The notes under the pieces were generated by a model, which worked only from the letters and a program-made list of their open reading frames with translations, did not search any database and was not told where the DNA came from. Of a DNA stretch of 64,000 nt, positions 39,501 to 52,650 are shown in pieces. Source of the stretch: the human T2T-CHM13v2.0 reference genome, Homo sapiens. Each line of letters opens with the position of its first letter. Position 1 is the first letter of the stretch. Made by a program: the position numbers and the translations under genes. Location: the NCBI GenBank assembly GCA_009914755.4, contig CP086569.2, forward strand, positions 7,584,001-7,648,000. The letters are read 5' to 3'.

Positions 39501-42500
39501 GAAACTCTGTATCACCCAAATAGTTTATACAAGATAAACTAGTGCTGTAAACTTCAATGAGCTTTGTACAAATTTCCAACCCAGAATTTTACCTATTGCC
39601 CCAAGACTAGCAACAAGAGGCAAAATATCTTCTCTTGCCTGAATCCTAATATAAGTGACCATCATACCTTTAAGCTGAAGCAAGGTATATGTCATAATCC
39701 CATTTGTGGGCCAAAAAAATAGGGAAAAGAGTAACATCACATAGCTGATATGGCAATTAACATGTCACAATGTCCTCTCTAGGCAGAACCTAGGAAGAAG
39801 GCTTACATTAACTGGGTGCTGGAACAGGTAATATTACAGAATTCTGCATATGAAAAAACTTAGCAAAGGGGTAAGAGCCAAAACACCTACGGAATAAACA
39901 AAAGATATGTCAGAATACTTCCTGTGGCTCTGTCATGTAATATTACAGAATTCCACATATGAAAAATCTTAGCAAAGGGGTAAGAGCCAAAACACCTACA
40001 GAATAAACCAAAGATATATCAAAATACTTCCTGTGGCTCTGTCACAGGCATGACAGTAGCATCATCAGGGTGATTGGCCCACCATCTGCAATAATTTTCT
40101 CTTTATTCACTTTGGCAAAAAAGTAACATCATCTGAGTCCAATAGGTCATAATTTCTTTCTGGTCATGGTTCAGAAAAAAGAATAGAGTCACACGATGTT
40201 AATGTTGGGCTCAGCAATATGTCACAATCCTGCCATTTTAAAGGCCCTGGCAGAAGAGAGTCATATTACTTAGGTCATGGGCTCAGAGATGTATCCCAAT
40301 GTCCCTAGTAGGCAGGGCTCAGGTGGTCAAGGAGATTCATATCACATGCATGTTTCCCACGGAATATGTCACAGTGTAACAAGTGGGCAGAAAATAGACA
40401 GGAGAGCCACATCACTTGGGTACTGCATCCTGAGATATTTCACAAGTCTCTCTTAGGACATCAACCAGACAGTGGAGTTACATCACCTACATGCAGTTTC
40501 TCGGCTTATGCCACATTGCTCCATGTGGGTGGTATCAAAGGAGGAAGTCACTTTACCAAGGTGATAGGGCCAAAGATATGTCACAATGTCCTCTATGAAG
40601 CATAGCCCTGGCAAAAGAGTACCATCACCTCTGTGCCTGGCCTTGAAATATGTCATGCTCCAAGTTGGCAGTGCCCAAGCAGGAGAGCCACATAACCAGA
40701 GATATTTCAAAATCCTCTCTTTTGGGCATGGCTTTGGCAAAAGGGTAGCCTCACCTGTTTTCTTGGCCTTGAATCATGTCACTACCTTTTCTTTGTTCAA
40801 GGCCCATTCCAGAGAGAAGAGTTACATTGCTTATGAGGTGGACACAGAAATATTTCACAATAATTTTGTTGGGTGTGCTGCAGGCAAGAATGTAATATAA
40901 CATGGGTGCTAGATCCAGTGATATATCACCATTCTTACTGTTAAGAGGGTCCAGACAGGAGAGTAATATCACTTTGAGGTAGGACTAGGTAGATATCACA
41001 ACCCCATATATGGACTGGAAGCATTCTGGAGAGTCGAATTACACAGGTTGTTGAAAAAAATCTATAAAACATTCGCACTGTCAGAAAATTCCAAAGATGA
41101 GATTTAGAATACTACACATGACCTGTTTTCACGTGTGACAATGGCATCATCCATGTGAGATGATGACAATCCTTACTATCAGCTGGGTGTGCAAAGAAGA
41201 CTCACAATTTCACCTATGTGCTGAGCCCTGCTTTGACTCAGTCTGTATAAGCCAAAGACTTAGTAAAATATGTGTGAGTGTTATAAACATTTCTGATGTT
41301 TGCACAAGAAGCTGATGCAGGATGTCATGCCTGTCTCTAAACATACTTATGAGAGTATGTTTAGATACTTTTGAGAGTATGTTTAGATAATAGGGGATAC
41401 TTATGGGAGTATCCCCTATTAGCTGAGTCCACATATAAGAGTCATTATCATTGCTGTGACCTGTGCCTAAGTATATGTTACAATTCCCTCTGTGGTTATG
41501 AAGCAGGAAGAATGACCACATCACATAAATGCTGGGCCAGAAATATTCCAATATTGTCTTTGTACTAAGTATCCTGTCAGAAATGTCACATACCTTGTGT
41601 GTTAGGTCTAGCTCTGTGGCACAATGTCCCTTGTAGGCAGTGTCCAGGGAGAAGAGGAGAGTCATATCACATAAATGATGGGCTCCATAATATGTCACAA
41701 TGCCTCCTGTTGTCAAAGCCAACAGGCAAGGTATTAATATTATTTGGATGCAGTGTTTAGAAAAGCTACAATTACCAAAGAAAGCAGGGTACAGACAGAA
41801 GAGGAGAGTCATGTAACCTAAATTCTAGATCCAGAAATATGTTACAATACCCCCAAGGACATTTTTAAGATAGCACAGTGAAATCATCAAGGTACTTGGC
41901 TCAAGTATTTGTTAAAATCTCATCTGTGGGCTATACCTAGGCAGAATTATTAAATCACTCAGGAGCTGGGCAAAGTTGTAAGTCACAATTAGACTTGTGG
42001 GAAGGTGTAAGAATAAGAGTCACCACACTGAATATTAGGTTTGGTTATGTTCTCAGGTATATGGCACAATATCACCTGTAGCCAGAGAGAAGGCAAGAAA
42101 GTCACATCAACTATGTATGTGTGGGTCCAGTAAAATGTCACAATACACTTTGTGGTAGGACCCTGGCAGAAGAGCCATATCATCTGGATGCTGCTTTCAG
42201 TGATATATCAAAATCCACTATGAGGGCAGGACTTTGGAAAGAAAGGAGACTCACTTAGCCTAGGCAACTGACCCAAGTATACGTCACAATGGCCCTTATA
42301 TGCAGTACCAAGTCTGGAGAGTGACCTTAACTACATGCTGTGTGCAGCAGTACATCACTATTTCCCTGTGGTCAGGACCCAGGAAAAATTGAAGAAGCAT
42401 CACCTAGGTGCTGAGCCAAATGATATGTTCCAATTCTTCCTGTTTGCAGAGCTCAAAAACAAGAATCTCATCACCTGGGTGCAGTACCCAGTTATGTGTC

Positions 42501-45500
42501 ATATAGCAGTGTAAGTGCAGGGCCAAGGCAGTAGAAGGGACTCACATAACTTATGTGATATGCCTAGATTTAAGACACAATTCTCCTTGTAGGCAGTTTT
42601 CAGGCAGATAACTTACATCACTTGGGTGATTGTCCCAGTGACATATAAAAGTGCCCTTTGCAATGGGAGCTCTGGAAGCTGTTATATACGGCACGTAAGG
42701 AATATATATGGTACAATTTAATCTGTGGCCTAGGAGTAGAAAAGAGTCAGATTATTCATATGCTAGGCAAAGTTGCCTCTCCTTTTTATGTTCTCAGAAA
42801 GATTTGGAAATAAGTTTCACATCCCACAAAAGTATTTCTTCTGTGTATGTGATTCAATTTTTTCTGTGACTTGGGTTGAAGTAGAGGAGTCGCAATCTCA
42901 ACAATGAGCAAGATGCATGTACAAGAGCCCCAATCACACTTGAAGATGGTTTTCCAGTAAGGGAGTCACAGCACTACAGGCATGTTGAATCATGGTTCAT
43001 ATGTTACTAAGTCACCTGTGAATGAGATCCACATATGAGAGTAATTATTTCAATCTTTCACTGCTTTTTATGTGTGAGATTTAGTACCTCATTCCTAGGC
43101 CCTGTTCATGTGTAAGAATGTCAATTGTGTCAGCTAAGTGTGCATGCAAGGGTCACATTGTCACCGCGTTGCTGGTTTCTGTTATTACACTCTTTGCATC
43201 ATTAAGGTTTTATATGATATACCTGAGTGTTATAATCCTTCATGAAATTTATACTAGTGAAAAATACAGGACTTTACCCATTGCCATAAGACTGGCTGTG
43301 AGAGTCTCTACTGGATTGGGCCAGGTATGAGAATTATTATTGTGCATGTGTGCTTAAACCACATATATGTCACAACTGGACCTGTGAGCAGAAAAAAAGT
43401 CAGGAGAGTCACATTACCTTGGTGCTGAGCCAGTTATATAGTATAATCTTATTTGTAGGCTGGGACCAATCAGAAGAGTCACATCACTTCACCTGGGTGC
43501 TGAGCCAGTGAAAGAGTGTATACTCATTTTTTGGCTTGGCCTAGTCAGAAGAGTCACATCACCTGGGTACAGCCTAAAATAGTATGTCACCAAGCCCATT
43601 GTGGACAGGAAAGAAGAAAATGAGGAATGTCCCACAACCTAGGTACTGAGCTCTGCAATATGTAATAATCTCTTCTCTTGAAAGAGTCTAGAATATGAAG
43701 GAGATCTACATCACCTAGGTATTGCAATCAGCAGTATGTCACAACTTCTATGGTGAGCAGGGCTCAGGCAGGAGAGGATAGTCAGATTTTCTAATTATTA
43801 AGTAAACTGATATTTCACAATGTCTTCTGGGGGCAGGGCACAAATAGGAGAGAAAAATCACCTAGCTTATGGGCCCAGAGATATGTGATAATATTCCCTG
43901 TTTTCAGGGTCAAGGTAGAAGAGTCACATTATTATAATTCTAACCCAGGGATATGTCACAATGAATCCATGGGAAGGAATTTAAGGCAAAAATCTCAACA
44001 TCTGAGTACTAGGCCTCATAATATGCCAGAACTCCTTGTCTTTCAGGGTGACATGATTTGCTGTGAGCTGGGTGTGAATATGAGAAACACAATCTCATGT
44101 GTTTCCAGGATCATTTGATGACACTCTACAGCTTTGAAAGGCTTTGTACAGCCTTCATGAGAATTGCAAACCACTGTGAGGCCTACATGGTTGTACAGAT
44201 TCATGATCTTACACATTACCCAAAAGAAAGATATAATAGTTAACATATCCTCTGTAGGCTGGGTTCAGAAATAATATCCATGATTTTCTTGAGAGCTGGA
44301 TCCAGAAATAAGTCACCATCCCATTTGTGGCCAGATCAACATATGAAGATCACAATTCCAACTTTGTACTCTATTCACTTTTAGACTCAGAAACTTAATA
44401 GTGGGCTTTGTACATGTGGGATGGTGACAACATTGCTTTCACCTGGGTATCTAATGGAGAGTCCAAATCTAAATTTTTGCTCATCTCTTTTATAAAACTC
44501 TCTGTACAACACAATAAATGTAGTCATCATGAGTTAATTTCTGTAAAGTTTTTGAATTTGATAGAAATATAAAACCCAGGACCTCATCTATTGCCCTAAG
44601 CCTAGTAATGAAATGTAAAATATATCCTATTGGCCGAATCACAGGATAGGTTTGTCCATCATGCCTGTGAACTGAAGTAAGGTATATGATATATTTACAT
44701 TTGTGGGCAAAAAAAAACTAGGCAGGAAGGTAACATCACTTACATGCTGTGACAAGCATCATGTCATAATGTCCTCTGTAAGAATGGTATATGAATTAGA
44801 GTCACATTAACTGGGTGTTGGATCCTGCAATATGACAAAATCCCATATGTGGAAACAAACCAACCTAGAAGTGAGAACAAAAATGCCAACAGAATGGGCC
44901 CAGGATATGTCAAAATATGTTCTGTGGCTTTGGGACAGGCATGAAAGTCACATTATTAGGGTGCTGGGCCCAGCAATATGCCACAACTCCCCATATATGT
45001 AGGACCCAGGCAAAAGAGTAACATTATCTGTGTGCTGGCCCCTGCAATAGTCAAAATTTTTGTTTTTCTATTAACATGAGTGTTGTGTTCAGCAATATGT
45101 CACAATCCTCTCATTGTAAAGACCAGGCAGGAGAAGAGATTCATTTCACTTAGGTCATGGTCTCAGAGATATATCCCACTGTTCTCTCCATGCAGGGATC
45201 AGGTAGAAAGAAGAGTCATATCACCTATGTGTTTCTCTAGTTAAATGTCACAATCTGACATGCAGGCAGAAACCAGGGAGAAGAGCCACATCACCTGGGT
45301 ACAGCCTCAAGTAATATGTCACCATGCCCAATGTAGACATGTTCAAAAAAAGAAAATCACACCACAAGAATTCTGGGCTCAATAATATGTAATAATTCCC
45401 TCTTTATACAGAGTCCATGACAAAGATTAGAGCCATATCACCTAGAATTTGTGCTCAGTGGTATGTCACAATTTCTTCAATGAACAGGATCCACGCAGGA

Positions 45501-48500
45501 GAGGAGAGTCATATTACCTAGATACCATATCTAGCAATATGTCACAGAGTCCCCTGTGAGCAGGGCACTGGCAGGAGAGAAATGTCACCTAGCCAATAGG
45601 CCCAGAGATATGTGAAAATAACTGTTGTTTGCAGGGCCAAGACAGAAGAGTCACATTATCATCGTTCTGATCCAGTGATAGGTAACACTGCCCTCATGGA
45701 AAGGAATTTAAACCAAAAAGTCTCAATACCAGTATACTTGGCCAAGGGATATGACATAATCTCATCTTTAAATGTGGCAGCATTTTAGCTGTTATCTAGT
45801 TATATATATGACAGTCACAAACTCCTGAGTGTCCTTGCCATTGTATGATACTCTCTACAACATCTGAAAACTTTATACAACACGCATGAGTGTTGCAAAA
45901 CTTGCTGAGTCCTACACACTTATATGGACTCATAATCTTCCATATTGCCATAAACCGAGGTATGTCAGGCAACATGTCTTCTATCGGCTGGCATCAGAGT
46001 TGAGACCATTATTAGGGCTGTGAGCTGGGTACAGAAATGGGATTCACCATCTCACCTGTAGTCAGATTCACTTATGAGAGTCACAATTTGAACTTTGGGT
46101 TGTATTGACTTGTTTGATTCAGGACCTCAACAATAAGCTTTGTAAATGTAGGATGTGAGCTAATGTTGTAAAATTCTGTGATCTTTGAACAAATGTGTAA
46201 TGGAGGACCTTAACTATTGACCAAAACCTAGGGGTGAGAGGCAAAATATCTCCTATTGGCTTAATCACACAGCGAACTTGATCATCATGTCTTTGAACTG
46301 AAGCAAGGCATATGTCATAATCTCATTTTTGGGGAAAGACTAGGCAGAAGGTTAACATCATTTAGGTGCTGTGCCAAGCAACTTATCCCAATGTCTTCTC
46401 CAGGCAGGGCCTAAGAAACGGAGTAACATTAACTGGGGGCTGGAACCCTCAATATGACACAAAACCATGTGGAAGAAACCCAGCAAACTGATCAGTGGCA
46501 AAATACATATAGAATGAGCCAAAGATGTGTCAAAATACTATCTGTGGCCCTGGCACAGAGAGAAGAGTCTCATCCTTAGGGTGCTGGGCCAAGCAATATG
46601 CCACAATTCCCTCTTTATGCATGACCTAGGCAGAAGAGTAACATTATCTGGGTGTAGGGTCCCGAAATACAGCAAAATTCCTGTTCATGGGCACTCTTTA
46701 GCAACAAGACAAGAGTCACACAACCTGAGTACTGGGCTTCTCAATATCTCACAGATCTCCGATTGTAAAAGCCCAGACAGAAGTGAGTCAAATTACTTAG
46801 ACTGTGGGTTCAAAGAGAGGACCCAATGTCTTTAGTAGGCAGGGCTAAGGCAAAAAAAGTGAATCATATCACCTAGGTGTTTTCTTTAAGTATACGTCAC
46901 AATTTAATGTGTGGGAAGAAACCAGGCTGAAGTGCCACATCACGTGGTCCTGGTTCCCAAGATATTCACAAATCCCCCTTAGAAAAGGACCCAGGCAAGA
47001 GAGTTACATCACCTAGGAGCAGGTTCCTCCCTGATGTTACAATGCTCCATGTGGGCAGCCCATGAAGGAATTCACATCATCTAGGTGATAGGCCTAGAGA
47101 TATGTCACATAACCTTCCTGAAAGCATGGCCCTGGCAAAAGAGTACCATAACCTTTGTGCCTCGTCTAGCAATATGTCACTATACAAGTGGGCAGGTTTC
47201 AAACAAAAAAGCCATATCATCTATATAATAGGCCCTGTAATATGTCATAATATTGTCTTTTATGCATGGTCGTGGAAAAAAAATCATCATTACCTGTGTG
47301 CCTTGCCTATGAATATGTCACTCTCCTGCCCTGTGTGTAGGGCCCATTCCAGAGAGGAAAGTTACATCACCTCAGTGGTGGACACATAATATGTCACAAG
47401 GTTGTCTAGGGGCAGGGAGCAGGCAAGAATGTAATGTCACCTAAGCACTGAATCCAATGATGTCACAATCCTTAATGAGATCAGGGCCCAGGCAGAAGTG
47501 TCACAAAACTTCAGTGTTGGCCCAGGTAAATATCAAAATCCTTTATGTAGGCTGGAACTAGTCTGAAGAGTGAAATCACAAAAGTGCATGGAAAAGCTTT
47601 ATATCACAGTCACGATAAAATAAAATTCTAGGGATTATTTTAAAATACCACATGTGTCTTGTTTTCATGTAGAACAGTAGCCTTTATCTTCTGTGATGGT
47701 AAAAATCTTTACAGTTAGCTAAGTGTTCATAAGAGACTCACAATTTACTCTTTATGAGAGGCCTTGTTATGACACTCTCCATAACTTAATGCCTTTATAA
47801 CTTAATGGTGTTATAAAATGTGTAAGTGTTGTAATCTTCTGTGACTTTGTTAATAGTAGGAGATGCTTGACATCACTCATGTCTCTAAACCTAGTTGTAA
47901 GAGTCAAAATTTTTCCTATTGACTGTGTCCACATATGAGAGTCATTGTCATGCCTGTTAGCTGTGTCCAGGTATATGTCACCATGCCCTCAGTGGTTATT
48001 AAACAGGGAGGACACAGCATTACCTAAATCCTAAGCCAGAAATATTCCAATGTACTCTTTGTAGGCAAGACTCTAACAGAGAAGTCACAGAATTTAGGTG
48101 CTATGCCCAGCTATATGGCATAATATCCCTTGTGGAGAGTGTCCAGGCAGGAGAAGAGAGTCATATCACCTACATGATGGATCCAGAGATATATCACAAT
48201 GCCTCCTGTTGTAATGACCCCAGAAAAGAGTCATATCATTTGGATGTAATGCTTAGAAATGCTACACTTTTCACTTTAAGCAGGGTTCAGTCAGGAGAGG
48301 AAAGTCACATAAGCTAGATGATATGTCCAGAGATATGTTATCATCCCTTCGGAGGGCATTGTTAAGACAAAAGTCAAATCACCAAAGTTTTGGCCCAGTT
48401 ATATGTAAAAATGTCTTATCTAGGCTATAAATAGGCAGGATTATTAAATCATTCAGTAGCTGGGCAAAAGTAAATGTCATAATAACACTTGTGGAAAGGT

Positions 48501-51500
48501 TCAGGGTTGAGAGTCACAATACTGTACATGTTGTGGTTCCTGGTACAAGAGTCATTATTATGCCTTTTATCTCGCTCACATATATGGCAGAGTATCACCT
48601 GTGGGGAGGGAGAGGAAACAAAAGGAGAGTTACACCACTTAAGTGGGTGCATGTCCAGTGAAATGTCACAATTCTCCTTGTAGGTTGGATTCTTGGAGAA
48701 GATTCAGTCAACTGGATGCTGGTTTCAGTGACATATCTAAATCCTCCCTGTTGGCAAGGCTTAGGCAGGAGAGGAGAGAAACTGCATATAGACACCTTGC
48801 CTTTATAAGTGTCAAAATGGCCCTTGTGTGTAGGATCAAGTCAGGAGAGTGACCTTACCTTGGTGCTGGGTTCAGCAATATGTCAAAGTCTCTCTGTTTG
48901 TCAGAGCCAAGGCAAGAGAGGAAACATCACCTAGGGCCTGAGCCATTTAATATGTTACAAAGCTTTTTATTGGCAGAACTCCCCTCAGAAAAGTTTCACA
49001 TCACCTGAGTGCAGTACCCAGTTGTATGTCACAATACACCATAAGTGTAGGGCCAAGGCAGTACAAGAAACTCACATCATTTACATGATGGACCTAGATA
49101 AAAGCCACAATGCTCTTTATAGCTAGGGTTTAGGCCAAGAGTTCACATCAGCTCACTGCTGGTACCAGTGATACATAAAATGCCCCTAGTTGCATTGCCA
49201 AAAAGTTGTTATACATTGCTTAAGTGCTGGTGCACATATGTCAGAATTTCTAGGTTTTCAGCCTAGAAAGATTACTCAAAATACTCAGATGCTGGACAAA
49301 GTCAAACTTCACAATCACACATTTGAAAATGTTCAGAAATAAATTTTACAGTCCCACACAACTGCTGGCTTTGGGTATGACAGTCAACACCTCCTATGAG
49401 TTGGGTCAAAGTAAAGGAGTCATAATCTCAACAATGGGCAAGATGCATGTGTAAAAGCCCCAACCACATTGAAGGTTGTGTTCCAGTAGGTTAGTCATGC
49501 ACCACAGGTCTGGAGAATCATGGTTTAAATGTCACCAAACCATCTGTGGATAAGACTCATGTACGACAGTAACAATGTCAAGCTTTGTCTCCTTATGTGT
49601 GTGAGATTTTGTAACTCATTTGTAGGCTCTGTTCATGTGTGAAAATTACAGCTGTGTCAGCTGAATGTGCATAATACCTAGTTGGTGGTGCCTGTTATGA
49701 CACTCTTTGTACCATGCAGATGTTATATGATACACCTGCATAGGATACTCTTGTCTGAATTTTATTGGGGGAGATCTAGGACTTCACCCATGGCCATAAA
49801 CTGGCTATGAGAGTCAAAATATCTCCCTTGGCTGGGTCCATGCATGAGAGTTATTATTGTGCATATCAGTTGAATCCAGGTATATGTTAGAATTTCATCT
49901 TTGGACTGAGACAGTATAGAAATGTCACATCATCTGGTGTCCTGAGTCAGAAATATATTAATCTTATTTTTAGGCAGCATCCAATCAGAAGAGTCATGTC
50001 ACCTGGGTACAGTCTCAAATAATATATCATCTTGACCACTGTATACAGGTTGAAAAAATAGAGGATAGTCACAGTCCCTAGGTGCTGGGCTCAGCAATAT
50101 ATTATAATTCCTTCTCATGGCAGATTCCATCACAAAGAGAAGAGTCATACCACCTAGGTTTTGCATTCAGTGGTATGTCACAATTTCTTAGGTAGGTGAG
50201 ATCCAGGCAGGAGAGGAGAGTCACATTACCTAGATGCTGTATCCAGCATAAGCTCAGTGTCCCCTGTGAGAGCGCACTGTGAGAGGAGAGACATATAACC
50301 TAGCTGATAGGCCAAGAGATATGTGACAATATCCCCTTCTGGCTGGATCCATGCAGAAGAGTCACCTTTTTATGATTCTAACCCAGCAATATTTCACAAT
50401 GCACCCACGGGAAAGAATTTAAGCCAAGAATCTCAACACTGGGGTGCTAGACTTTGTGATATAACACAATCACTTCATCTTTTAGTTGACACCTTTAACT
50501 GTTAGCTTGGTATGTATATAAGAGTCACAATCTCTTGTGTGTTCTAGGTCATCCTATGAGACTCTCTACAACATCTGAAGGATTTATCCAAAATACCTTA
50601 GAGTTGCAAGCCACTCTGAAGCCTACATACTTGTTTGACTCAAAACATACATATTGATATAAACCTTGTTATGATAATCGACAGATCTCTTATAGGCTGG
50701 TTTCAGACAGAAAACGCATTATGGTGCCTATAATCTGGGTCCAGAAATGAGTCACCATCTCATCTGTAGCAAGATCCACATATGAAAGTCACAGTTCCAT
50801 CTTTGTATTTTATTTACTTCTTAGAGTCAGAATTTCAACAGCGGGCTTTGTGAATATGGGATGCTAAAAACTTTTTCTCTCACCTGCATTTGTAATCAAG
50901 GGTCACGATTTTAATCTTTTGCTGGGCCCTGTTATAAAACACTGTGTACCACCCAAGTTTATAGAATATGAGTTAGTGTTGTAAACTTCTGTGAGCTTTG
51001 TACAAATATGAAACTCATAAACATAACTAGTGCCCTAAGCATAGTGATGAGAGGCAAAAATCTACTATTTGTGGAATGCCAATTATGTTTGATCATTATG
51101 TCACTGAGTTGAAGCAATGTAAATATCATGATCTCATTTTTAGAAAAAAACTTGTTGGAAGGGTAGCACAACTTATTTGCTGTGGCAAGCAATATGTCAC
51201 CAAACCCTCTCTAGGCAGGGTCTAGAAAGGAGGATTACATTACCTGGGTGCTGGAGTGCTAGACCCAGCAATATGACACAATCCCAAATGGGGAAAAACA
51301 AGCCCAAACAAATGAAGAGACCAAAAACGCCCACATATTGGGCCCAAGATATATAAAAATACTTTCAGTTGCTCTGGTACAAGCAGGAGAATTACACCAT
51401 GAGTGTGAGGGGCCAAGCAATATGCCATAATTGTCTCTTTCTGCAAGACCCAGGCAGAAATGGGACATCATCTGGGTGCTGTACCCTGCAATACATCAAA

Positions 51501-52650
51501 ATTTATTTTCATTGGCATGGTTTTGGGAAAAAAAAAAGAAGAGTCACTTTATCTAGGTATTGGACATAGCAAAACATCACACCACATCATTGTAAGGGAT
51601 CAGGTTGAATAAAAGATACACATGACATATGACACAGGCTTAGATATATGACCCAATGTCCCAAGTAGGCAGGGCTCAGTCAGAAGAGAAGAGTAATATC
51701 ACCTAGGTGCTTCCCTGGGTATATAACACAATCTAATATGTGAGGTGAATTCAAGCAGAAGAGTCACATCACTTTTATACTGGGTCCTGAGATATATCAC
51801 AATGCTCCCTTAGGACAGGACACATTTAGGAGAGTTACAACAAATAGTTACAGGTTTCAGGTTTCACATTTATGTTGCAATGCTCCATGTGGGCAGGACT
51901 CAAGCAGTGAATTATATCACGTAGACCCAGGCCAAGAGATTTGTCACAATGCCCTCTTTAGAAGTTCCTATCAAAGGAGTTCGAACACCTCTGTGCCTAG
52001 CACTCATACATCACTACACCACACTCTGTGCAGAGCCCAATCTAATGAGGAGAGTCATATCACCTGAGTGGCTGACAGAGTGATATGTCACAATAATTTC
52101 TGTGGGCATGGCTTAGGAAAAAAAGTAACATGATCTAGGTGCTGGATGTAATGATTTGTCATGATTCTTACTGGGAGAAAGGCCCAGGCAGGAGAGTCAT
52201 ACCACCTGAGGTTGGCCCAGGTGGGTACCACAATAACACATGTGGGCTGAAACCAGTGTAGGGATTCAAATCACACAGGTGCTTCACAAAAATTTAAATT
52301 ACAAACACACTGGCAGAACATTCCCAGGGTAAGATTTACAATAACACACATTACTTGTTTTGATAAGTGACAGTCATCTTCATATATTTGTGAAAATGAC
52401 ATTCCTTACTGTCATCTGACTCTGCATATGAGACTCACAATTTCACCTTTCTGCTGGGTTCTGTCATAAAACTCTCTGTATAAGCAGAGGACATTATAAA
52501 ATATCAGACTCTATTATAATCTTCTTTGAACTTTTTTATTACCAGAAAGAGACTGAATCACTCTTGTTTCAAAAGCAAGTTAAGAAAGTCAAAATTTCTT
52601 CTATTTGTGAGGTCTACATATGACAGTTATTATCATGCCTGTGAGATGCT
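36512..52650. repeat. Beta-satellite-like array, segment 4 (to the distal array edge)
   Basis: HOR landmarks A at 41122, 47659 and 52353, C at 37920, 42812 and 49336, and B at 39410, 44410, 46130 and 50830. The last recognisable monomer is …atgacagttattatcatgcctgtgagatgc at ~52650; unique sequence follows. Confidence 0.93.
41122..47658. repeat. 6.5 kb HOR variant: canonical unit plus a ~1.74 kb internal block-B duplication (B at 44410 and 46130)
   Basis: The landmark aatgtaggatgg…cttttaatttcacctgg recurs 1720 bp apart. The same B-B duplication is seen at 6610/8350 and 16950/18710/20170. Confidence 0.7.

Noticed and set aside
1-52650. Many 60-200 aa ORFs inside the satellite, for example 41210-41812 (200 aa), 1118-1519, 5379-5690 and 14624-15013
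   Set aside because: They lie in tandem-repeat DNA and have no recognisable domains. The equivalent frames in paralogous HOR copies are broken by stops (for example 3517-3783 and 13717-14040 against 41210-41812), so there is no coding constraint.
1-52650. CRISPR-like periodic repeats
   Set aside because: Consecutive units are all homologous diverged monomers. There is no alternation of a constant repeat with unique spacers, and the sequence context is primate.
1-52650. Alpha-satellite or centromere identity
   Set aside because: The monomer period is ~70 bp, not 171 bp, and no CENP-B box is present.
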